NCBI GenBank assembly: GCA_043807135.1 | Contig: JAZDGF010000001.1 | Location: 68,573-132,572 of the forward strand | Direction: 5' to 3' | DNA length: 64,000 nt | From: Candidatus Levyibacteriota bacterium | Lineage (GTDB): Bacteria > Patescibacteriota > Microgenomatia > Levybacterales > UBA12049 | Shown: one piece after another, positions 19,928-27,050 of the stretch | Layout: each line of letters starts with the position of its first letter | Numbering within the stretch: the stretch's first letter is position 1 | Program-made: the position numbers and the translations under genes | Notes under the pieces: model-generated | Databases searched by the model: none | What the model was told of the DNA's origin: nothing | Seen by the model: the letters and a program-made list of their open reading frames with translations, nothing else

Positions 19928-20014
19928 GGTGAGGTGCTGGAGCGGCCGATCAGGATAGTCTTGAAAACTATTAAGAGTGCAAGCTCTTCGTGGGTTCGAA
20001 TCCCACCCTCACCG
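19928..20014 (+). tRNA. tRNA-Ser (anticodon TGA), type II
   Basis: GGTGAGGTGCTGGAGCGGCCGATCAGGATAGTCTTGAAAACTATTAAGAGTGCAAGCTCTTCGTGGGTTCGAATCCCACCCTCACCG. Acceptor GGTGAGG/CCTCACC, anticodon loop CTTGAAA, long variable arm, T-loop TTCGAAT. Confidence 0.85.
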
Positions 20015-20501
20015 CAGAAACCCTTCGGTCGCTCCAAGTCCCACCCACTATCCTCAATTAGCTTGATGGGGCTTGCTAAAAAAGCGAGGAAGAACGCAGT
20101 TGTCCCAAACATAGCCTGTAAGAGTGAAAAACGCCGAAAATACCCCTAAGGTATTTACTCTTGGTTCTAAGCTTTTGCAGAAAGCGCTATTTTTAGCCAT
20201 ATTTTTGAACTATCTTCATTCGAATCTTGTTTTCCCTAATGAAGTTTCCTGTTGGAGGATTTACTGAAGATTAAGTTGTCTGTCTCTCAAATCAAATTTT
20301 GAAGTTACTCCTTTTAAGATTTTAATTCGTTCTTCAGGAGTTCCGAACTGCAAAACATGGAGAAGATATTCTTTGAGCATCTCAGTCTGTGTTTCGGTAT
20401 ATTCTCTAGGGCTCTGGTTGCCAGTATTATGAGGAAATATTTCTTAAGATGCGCTTATTTTTAAGCGCTTTAATTTAAGGAAGCAACGTCATAACTTCTA
20501 A

Positions 20502-21236
20502 CTATAAATCGCCTTTAGGGAGAATAGAAATTTCTTTTTCTGTCGTATAGTCCAGTATAAACGCATGACGTTCTTTTGTTATCGGCTGCATAATGGCAGG
20601 AACATTATTTGCGAAAAGTATATCAATCATTTGTTCTACAGTGTTTGTATTAAACGGACCGTATTTTAATTCTATTTTAACTCCTAATTGTCTGTCCGGA
20701 GTACTTAATAAACAGATGTGTTTTATAAGGTCTTCAAATTTTGCAGACATTTTTGTTGTTAATTCTCCTTCGTTTGGGTCAAAAACCAAATTAAATTCTT
20801 TTCCAAATATATTTTCATGCAAAATAAATCCATGCTCTCCATAAACAGTTCCGGAAAAATCATTCGCGTCTATATCGAACAAATCTGTACCTTCATTAAA
20901 TGCAAGATCAATGTCTGCTATGGTGTTTCCGGCTCTATGTGTGTATTCATACATGCTGTCAGGATTTAAAAAACCTGAGGAATTATTTATGCGTACGTTT
21001 CCGTCACGCGGATTTATTACTTCTGCATATTCTTTTTGAATAGGAGTTGTATTGGGGGGAAACATGCGGCCTCCTCCTTCCAATAATACTTTTATTCCGA
21101 CCTCAGTTCCGAGAAATGAAGCGGCTATTAAGACATACGCAAAATTTCTTCTGCTGCGTCTTAATTGCTCTATGGTTTTTGGTTTTTGTGGTTTTCTAAA
21201 TCGTTCTAACATAGGGATGAATAGTAACAAAAACAT
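20502..21236 (-). CDS. hypothetical protein, weakly GDPD/PLC-like phosphodiesterase fold
   Basis: Segment EYTHRAGNTIADIDLAFNEGTDLFDIDANDFSGTVYGEHG loosely resembles the GDPD H-R-G...E-D...H-D arrangement. N-terminus is basic with one TM. Low-confidence functional call. Confidence 0.35.
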   Translation of the reverse strand: MFLLLFIPMLERFRKPQKPKTIEQLRRSRRNFAYVLIAASFLGTEVGIKVLLEGGGRMFPPNTTPIQKEYAEVINPRDGNVRINNSSGFLNPDSMYEYTHRAGNTIADIDLAFNEGTDLFDIDANDFSGTVYGEHGFILHENIFGKEFNLVFDPNEGELTTKMSAKFEDLIKHICLLSTPDRQLGVKIELKYGPFNTNTVEQMIDILFANNVPAIMQPITKERHAFILDYTTEKEISILPKGDL

Positions 21237-21657
21237 TAAATCAAAACAAGCCTGGCTAGATAATGGGAGTTAGGGGTTGAATTACTCAATCAAACTCCGG
21301 GCATTAGTGCAAATTATTCTTGGCAACGCCCTAATTGCTGCGAGCCAATTTCTTTTAGGCCAGCATTATCTATAACAAAATACAAAGACGCACCTTCAAA
21401 ATTACCCCTTTTAACCCCTAGCTTTTTTCCTACCATTCTTAAATCGCTTTATTGAATTTCCATAATTTACTTTAAGTACAAAAGCAACACATGCAACAGC
21501 ACAACTTAGAATATCTTCTTGCCTTGCGGGTTTCATTGGAAGATTGTAGAATTTATATATTTATTAACAAGAGGCAAAATAGCTTCTAACGTCGCCCATC
21601 CCACAGAGCAATTAGTAATTGTATCAAACTATATCATCTGTTGAAACACCTTTTTAT

Positions 21658-21689
21658 AGTGTCTCATTTAGCCTCTGTGATGAGACACT
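21658..21689. other. perfect 10-bp stem hairpin (AGTGTCTCAT-12 nt loop-ATGAGACACT) in an ORF-free region
   Basis: Inverted repeat read directly from the sequence; not followed by a U-tract on either strand, so not a canonical terminator. Confidence 0.5.
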
Positions 21690-21833
21690 GAAGTTGCAGT
21701 TATAAGGATCAGAATCTAGGGATTTGATACAATACTACTCACGGAGCTTATGGGATATTAAGGTTCCAGACCCAGCTGCTCCGCATTGATATTTCTTGGA
21801 AGGTTAAAAGAGGTTTTCAAGTTTTCCTACAGA

Positions 21834-23939
21834 TTACTTAAGATAAATTAGATAAGCTTTTCCATCCGTATAAAAAGCGTCTCCTGAAAAGTTTTTCCCT
21901 TTAGTTGGACTGACAAACTGGATTTTCTTATAATCCTCAATCATTTCTGTTTTTATCAAATCTGAGAATAAATATTCTCTTTCCTTGTCTATCTCAGGAT
22001 CAATTTTATGAGTTATAAACCATTTAATCCTGGTATCATAACTTGCAGTTCCTACATATAATCTCTTTTTATCAAGAGTAAAAATGTCCGTTTTCCAAAA
22101 TCTAGCATGGTGTCTTTCTTTAATCGTATCTTTTCCTGTAGGTTTTTGGAAACCAAAGTCATGAATTTTACTATTCCAAAAAGAAGGAGTTATTGGACCA
22201 GTTGAATAACTTTTATCAAGCAAGGTTGTTTCTAATAATTTTAACAGCGAATAGCGATTTACATAATCTGCCTCAAACCAACCAGCAAAAGAGAAAAATT
22301 CTTTTAATTCATCATCACTTTTTGCGAGAATTAAAAAGCTTATTGGTTCCTGAAGATTTCCTCTTAAGGTTTCAGAATATTTTGAAATGCCTTTTTCATT
22401 AAAGGGATCAAGCGGTGTGGAAGTTAAAATTTTTTCTTCTATGACAATTGCTTTGTTAATCGGTTTATTATATAAAATTCCAAAAGCTATATAAAAAATG
22501 ACTTCTGATAATAAAAGTATAATTAATATTTTTTTAACATTTAACGATAGAGACTTTTTAGAAATTTTCTTTATTGCTTGCTTATAAGTTGCCCATTCAA
22601 AAATAGAAATAGCAATTATTAACCATAAGAGGCCTAAAAGACAACCTCCAATTACATCACTTAAATAATGGAGCCCTAAATACATTCTGCTAAAACCGAT
22701 AAAAAGAATTATTATTAAAGATGTTATTAATACATTTATCTTCTTTTTTCTTCCCTCTCTTGTGCGAAGCAGAACATAAGAAATAAAGCCGTAAAAAGCA
22801 ACCGCGATTGCCGCATGCCCGCTGGGAAAGGAAGTTGAGCTTTCAATAAATATTGCACTACTCGGCCTTGGACGATTAAAAGTAATTTTCCCTAAGGTGT
22901 CAAAAAACTGTGTGCCGAAAATTGCAATCCAAAGTGCAAGAATATATACTCTTTTTCTTAGAATCCAGAAAATAACTGATAAAACAAGACCAAAACTTAT
23001 GATAATTTGCCAATTCCCAAGAAGAGTTATCCAATAAAAAAACTTAATAAATCCATCATCTCTAAAAACATAAAGCAAATTCTCAATTCTAATATCTGTT
23101 CCAAAAATTACTTCGGATAAAACAAATCTCTTTATGAATCCAAAAAATAAAAATAAACAATACAAAAAGGCAATTGTTAAAAATGTTAAGGGTAATCCAA
23201 AAAACACTTTTCTTTTAAAACGGTTTTTTAAAAATGCAAATAATTTTTCATTTTGTTTTGCAAAAGAAGATTTTTCAATTGTTTTTTTAATTAGTACTGC
23301 TAAGAGACTTATTAGCTTGAGGAAAAGCCTTCCTCTTCCTTTGATAAGAGATTGTTTAACTAAATATAAAAAGAGTAAAAATAATGCAATAGATACTATA
23401 AAGATTTGTGCCCTGGTTGCCCAATGTTCTGCCGCTTGCCATGTCTCCCCAAAGCTAAGACCAATAAATAAGTAAAAAATGGCCCAGGAAAATGCAGAAA
23501 TTACATTCCAGAATAAAAATCTTTTAAAATTCATTTTAAACGTTCCGGCAACAAACGGAGTAATTGACCTAAGCGGACCAGTAAATCTTCCCAAAAAAAT
23601 ACTTTTCCCTCCGTGTTTTTTAAAGAAAATTTTTCCTTTTTCAAATCTTGCAATTTTTAAAATTTTGTTTTCTTCTTTAAAAAATCCTGTCCCCTTTCTA
23701 CCTATTAAAAAACTTATTAAGTCTCCTATGGTAGCTCCAAGCATGGCAAGAAAAATAATTAGGGGGATATTTAAAAACTCTTCTGTAAGTAAAAATCCGA
23801 TAAAAATTAAGAAAAAAGAGCCGGGTATAAATAAACCTACTATAACCAGCGACTCAAAAAAAGAGAGCACAAAAACCAAAACATACCAAGGAAAATTGGT
23901 TTGAAAAGAAATTGAACTTAATAAGCTGTATAAATCCAT
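21834..23939 (-). CDS. DedA/SNARE-associated - PAP2 phosphatase - LssY_C-like three-domain membrane protein
   Basis: N-terminal DedA-type region (TIGDLISFLIGRKG), PAP2 acid phosphatase motifs (KITFNRPRP; SFPSGHAA; SRMYLGLHYLSDVIGG), C-terminal soluble domain resembling LssY C-terminal domain. Confidence 0.7.
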   Translation of the reverse strand: MDLYSLLSSISFQTNFPWYVLVFVLSFFESLVIVGLFIPGSFFLIFIGFLLTEEFLNIPLIIFLAMLGATIGDLISFLIGRKGTGFFKEENKILKIARFEKGKIFFKKHGGKSIFLGRFTGPLRSITPFVAGTFKMNFKRFLFWNVISAFSWAIFYLFIGLSFGETWQAAEHWATRAQIFIVSIALFLLFLYLVKQSLIKGRGRLFLKLISLLAVLIKKTIEKSSFAKQNEKLFAFLKNRFKRKVFFGLPLTFLTIAFLYCLFLFFGFIKRFVLSEVIFGTDIRIENLLYVFRDDGFIKFFYWITLLGNWQIIISFGLVLSVIFWILRKRVYILALWIAIFGTQFFDTLGKITFNRPRPSSAIFIESSTSFPSGHAAIAVAFYGFISYVLLRTREGRKKKINVLITSLIIILFIGFSRMYLGLHYLSDVIGGCLLGLLWLIIAISIFEWATYKQAIKKISKKSLSLNVKKILIILLLSEVIFYIAFGILYNKPINKAIVIEEKILTSTPLDPFNEKGISKYSETLRGNLQEPISFLILAKSDDELKEFFSFAGWFEADYVNRYSLLKLLETTLLDKSYSTGPITPSFWNSKIHDFGFQKPTGKDTIKERHHARFWKTDIFTLDKKRLYVGTASYDTRIKWFITHKIDPEIDKEREYLFSDLIKTEMIEDYKKIQFVSPTKGKNFSGDAFYTDGKAYLIYLK

Positions 23940-24025
23940 GTCTCACTATTCTATTCTTTAAGAATTAGTTTTTCAAATTATTGTAGCAAGTTGACTTAAA
24001 TTCTTAAGTGAGCTACATTTAAACT

Positions 24026-24601
24026 ATGACTACCTTTAAAAAGGAAGCTGAGGAGGAAAAGGAAGAGGAAAAGGAAAAAGATATAGCAGATAGATCTTTT
24101 GAAGGAGTAAGAACCCTTCTTTCCTGGAAAGCTCCTGGAAGACCGTTTAGGAAAAGAAGTAAACAATATTATTTAACCAGTATCTTAATTGCTTTTCTAA
24201 TTGAAACCATCTTATTCTTATTCTCTCAATATCTTTTAATGCTAGTTGTTGCATCTTTGCTTTTCCTTGCCTTTGCATTAGCTTCAGTACCTCCACGTGA
24301 TTTTCATTACCGCATAAGCACAGAGGGAATTATGGTTGAAGATCATTTTTTCCTTTGGCAAGAGCTTTATGACTTTTATTTTAAAAAAAATGATCACATA
24401 GATACCCTACATATTGGAACCCATGCTTTTTTTCCAGGAGAAATCACAATTCCTTTTCAAAATATTGACAAAGAGCATCTTAAAAACATTCTTGTTCCCT
24501 TTTTACCTTACAGAGAATTTGTAAAACCAACTTTTATGGAAAAATCCGCAGATTGGCTTACTCATAATTTTCCTCTTGAAAAAACTCATCAAGCATCTTA
24601 A
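24026..24601 (+). CDS. hypothetical membrane protein with acidic N-terminus
   Basis: EEEKEEEKEKD N-terminus, two TM helices, C-terminal soluble domain; no recognisable motif. Confidence 0.4.
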   Translation: MTTFKKEAEEEKEEEKEKDIADRSFEGVRTLLSWKAPGRPFRKRSKQYYLTSILIAFLIETILFLFSQYLLMLVVASLLFLAFALASVPPRDFHYRISTEGIMVEDHFFLWQELYDFYFKKNDHIDTLHIGTHAFFPGEITIPFQNIDKEHLKNILVPFLPYREFVKPTFMEKSADWLTHNFPLEKTHQAS

Positions 24602-24649
24602 GTTGCCCAAGCTCCTATAATACAGTAAAATACGGATGGATTTTAGTTT

Positions 24650-24722
24650 GTACCCGTAGTTCAATGGATAGAACACCTGGTTGCGGTCCAGGCGGTTGGA
24701 GGTTCGATTCCTCTCGGGTACG
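24650..24722 (+). tRNA. tRNA-Arg (anticodon read as GCG)
   Basis: GTACCCGTAGTTCAATGGATAGAACACCTGGTTGCGGTCCAGGCGGTTGGAGGTTCGATTCCTCTCGGGTACG. Acceptor GTACCCG/CGGGTAC, anticodon stem CCTGG/CCAGG, loop TTGCGGT so anticodon GCG, T-loop TTCGATT. GCG for Arg is unusual (ACG is normal), so confirm with tRNAscan-SE. Confidence 0.65.
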
Positions 24723-24727
24723 CAAAC

Positions 24728-24814
24728 GGTGGGATGCTGGAGCGGCTTAACAGGCTGGTTTCGAAAACCATGCGGGGCGAAAGTCCCACGGGGGTTCAAA
24801 TCCCTCTCCCACCG
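24728..24814 (+). tRNA. tRNA-Ser (anticodon CGA), type II
   Basis: GGTGGGATGCTGGAGCGGCTTAACAGGCTGGTTTCGAAAACCATGCGGGGCGAAAGTCCCACGGGGGTTCAAATCCCTCTCCCACCG. Acceptor GGTGGGA/TCCCACC, loop TTCGAAA, long variable arm. 5 nt downstream of the preceding tRNA. Confidence 0.8.
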
Positions 24815-24826
24815 CAATCTTTAGTT

Positions 24827-25243
24827 ATGAAATTTGAGTTTTCTGCAGGCGGAATTGTTTTTAGGAAAGATGATAATAAAACTTTTGTTCTTGTTTCAAA
24901 ACATTCCGAGCATCACGGATGGGTTTTTCCAAAAGGACTAATTGGAGATAGTATTAAAGGAGAAGATAGAAAAAGCACTGCCTTAAGAGAAGTTAAAGAA
25001 GAAACAGGTATTAATGCAAAAATTCTAAAATCTTTAAATCCTGTTTTCTACTTTTATATTTGGGAGGGAGAAAAAATTAAAAAAACCGTTTATTATTTTT
25101 TAATGGAATACTTATCAGGAGACTTTGAAGAAAGGGACTTTGAAATGGAAGAAGTTAAGTGGATTTTAAAAGAAAACGTTGAAAAAAGACTAACTTACAA
25201 ATCAGACAAAAAAGTTTGGCAAGAAGCAAAAGTTGATTTATAA
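24827..25243 (+). CDS. NUDIX hydrolase
   Basis: Nudix box GWVFPKGLIGDSIKGEDRKSTALREVKEETGI (GX5EX7REVXEEXGI). Probable start ATG 24827 (MKFEFSAGG); the ORF-track start at 24734 overlaps the tRNA. Confidence 0.85.
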   Translation: MKFEFSAGGIVFRKDDNKTFVLVSKHSEHHGWVFPKGLIGDSIKGEDRKSTALREVKEETGINAKILKSLNPVFYFYIWEGEKIKKTVYYFLMEYLSGDFEERDFEMEEVKWILKENVEKRLTYKSDKKVWQEAKVDL

Positions 25244-25254
25244 TATAAAGCCTT

Positions 25255-25341
25255 GGAGGGATCGCATAGTGGCCTAGTGCGCGCGCTTGGAAAGCGCGTA
25301 TGCCCGTAAGGGTATCGCGGGTTCAAATCCCGCTCCCTCCG
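25255..25341 (+). tRNA. tRNA-Ser (anticodon GGA), type II
   Basis: GGAGGGATCGCATAGTGGCCTAGTGCGCGCGCTTGGAAAGCGCGTATGCCCGTAAGGGTATCGCGGGTTCAAATCCCGCTCCCTCCG. Acceptor GGAGGGA/TCCCTCC, anticodon stem CGCGC/GCGCG, loop TTGGAAA, long variable arm. Confidence 0.8.
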
Positions 25342-25381
25342 CAACTTGACACGGAATATAAAATAATTCAAACTATACTTA

Positions 25382-26983
25382 ATGAAAACTGCCCGGTTTA
25401 TTAAGTTTTTTGTTGTTTGTCTATTTTTGGTTTTATTTCTCTTTTCCACTCAAAAACAAGCTTTTGCGCAAAATTATAATTATCAACCACGTTCAAGTTA
25501 TACAACTCCAGTAACAAATCCTGATGTTCCAAAAAATCTCCATACCTATAGTCAAAGTGTAATTATTGAACTTATGTCCTCTGTTTCTTGTCTTGTAGTA
25601 GGAGTTGACCCAGTTTCTGTAAATAGAAAATGCCTTGGAATAGATACTAATACGGGAAAAATCGGTTATGTAGAAAAAAATGGAGGACTTATTGGAGTCT
25701 CTGCTAATCTTATTGCAATGACTTATAAAATCCCAATCCATACCTCTGATTATGTAGATTATATGGCTAGTAATTTTGGTGTTACCAAAAGCGCTTATGC
25801 ACAGGATACCGGAGTTGGTTTTGAAGGAATAAGGCCATTGTTAAGTCTCTGGGTAGTTTTTAGAGACATCGTATATCTATTGTTTGTTATTGTATTTGTT
25901 TTAATTGGAATAGCCATTATGCTTAGGGTAAAAATTGATCCAAGGACTGTTATGTCTATTCAAAATCAGATACCAAGAATTATTGTTGCTTTAGTTTTAG
26001 TCACTCTCTCCTTTGCAATTGCTGGATTTTTAATTGACCTTATGTGGATTTTTACCTTCTTAATAATAAATCTTTTTTCTGATGCAAATATTTCTCCTAA
26101 ATTAAACGCTGCAGAGGTTGGCTCAAAGATTATGGGAAATCCCTTTGTATTTATAAATGATCTTTTAGGATGGGGCGGATTTGGTCTATTAAAAATTCCT
26201 GCATCAATTGGAGTTACTGTTTTTGAAATTTTGGCAAATTTATTAAAGTTTGACTTTGATTTGGGCGGTGGAGTGATAGCTTGGATTCTGAATGCTGTTA
26301 CAAGCCCTATACGTAATATTATAGGCGTGCTTGGCGGAATAGCTGGTTTTCTTGTTATTGCAATTGCTTTGGCAATTGCTTTGTTTAGGCTTTGGTTTAC
26401 TCTTATTCAAGCCTTTGTTATGATTATTTTAGATATTATTATTGCTCCTTTCTGGATTATGTCAGGAGTAATTCCGGGAAGATCAATTGGATTTGGTAGC
26501 TGGTTTAAAGACATTCTTGCAAATTTATCTGCATTCCCTGCTGTTGTTTTTTTGTTTATTCTCACTGAAAGACTTATGAACGCTTATGAAAGCACTACAA
26601 CCTCAGCTCCCTTTGTTCCCCCTCTTTTAGGTGGAACTATTGCCCAGGACTCAATAAAAGGAATTATTGCCTTTGGCATGATTATGGCAAGTCCAAAAAT
26701 TGTTAGCATGATAAAAGCCGCGCTAAAAGCTCCAAAATATGATACATCTTCTGTTATTGGGGGTGCTACTGCTGCAGCTGGAGTAATTGGTCAACCAAGT
26801 AGAGTTGGATGGAATAGACTTACTCGCAGAAGAGATCCGTGGGGCCATTATAGTGAAGGTAAGCTGAGAGGATTAGTTATGGGAAAACCTGGTACAGAAA
26901 ATAGAGCGCAGAAGTGGATAAGAAGGGTTGCTGAGGGAAGTTTTCAAGACGCTAAACAACTTGAGGAACAAAGAAGAAGATAA
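25382..26983 (+). CDS. polytopic membrane protein, VirB6/TrbL-like candidate (T4SS inner-membrane channel component)
   Basis: Signal peptide, ~150-aa periplasmic N-domain, then 6-8 hydrophobic helices and a basic C-tail. Architecture and position (first gene of the T4SS-like block) fit VirB6-family proteins. No sequence motif confirms it. Confidence 0.45.
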   Translation: MKTARFIKFFVVCLFLVLFLFSTQKQAFAQNYNYQPRSSYTTPVTNPDVPKNLHTYSQSVIIELMSSVSCLVVGVDPVSVNRKCLGIDTNTGKIGYVEKNGGLIGVSANLIAMTYKIPIHTSDYVDYMASNFGVTKSAYAQDTGVGFEGIRPLLSLWVVFRDIVYLLFVIVFVLIGIAIMLRVKIDPRTVMSIQNQIPRIIVALVLVTLSFAIAGFLIDLMWIFTFLIINLFSDANISPKLNAAEVGSKIMGNPFVFINDLLGWGGFGLLKIPASIGVTVFEILANLLKFDFDLGGGVIAWILNAVTSPIRNIIGVLGGIAGFLVIAIALAIALFRLWFTLIQAFVMIILDIIIAPFWIMSGVIPGRSIGFGSWFKDILANLSAFPAVVFLFILTERLMNAYESTTTSAPFVPPLLGGTIAQDSIKGIIAFGMIMASPKIVSMIKAALKAPKYDTSSVIGGATAAAGVIGQPSRVGWNRLTRRRDPWGHYSEGKLRGLVMGKPGTENRAQKWIRRVAEGSFQDAKQLEEQRRR

Positions 26984-27007
26984 GAAGGGTTGCTGAGGGA
27001 AGTTTTC
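26918..27007. repeat. 28-bp direct repeat (ATAAGAAGGGTTGCTGAGGGAAGTTTTC) x2, copies at 26918-26945 and 26980-27007
   Basis: Exact duplicate. Copy 1 encodes the C-terminal (W)IRRVAEGSFQ of the VirB6-like protein; copy 2 spans its TAA stop (26981-26983) in a different frame. Confidence 0.85.
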
Positions 27008-27050
27008 CGGCTCAAAGAGATAAAAAACCGTAAAATAAACGTGCTAATTA

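Noticed and set aside
19918-20149. Two overlapping ORFs (64 and 71 aa) on both strands
   Set aside because: Both overlap the tRNA-Ser(TGA) gene; they are translation artefacts of the tRNA sequence.
20015-21833. Prophage/integrase or IS element adjacent to tRNA-Ser(TGA)
   Set aside because: No tyrosine/serine recombinase motifs, transposase, or terminal inverted/direct repeat of the tRNA 3' end could be found by eye; only an anomalously ORF-poor stretch remains, reported as a finding to test rather than as a mobile element.
24503-24817. 104-aa minus-strand ORF
   Set aside because: Spans the tRNA-Arg and tRNA-Ser(CGA) genes antisense; spurious.
25195-25449. 84-aa minus-strand ORF
   Set aside because: Antisense across the tRNA-Ser(GGA) gene; spurious.
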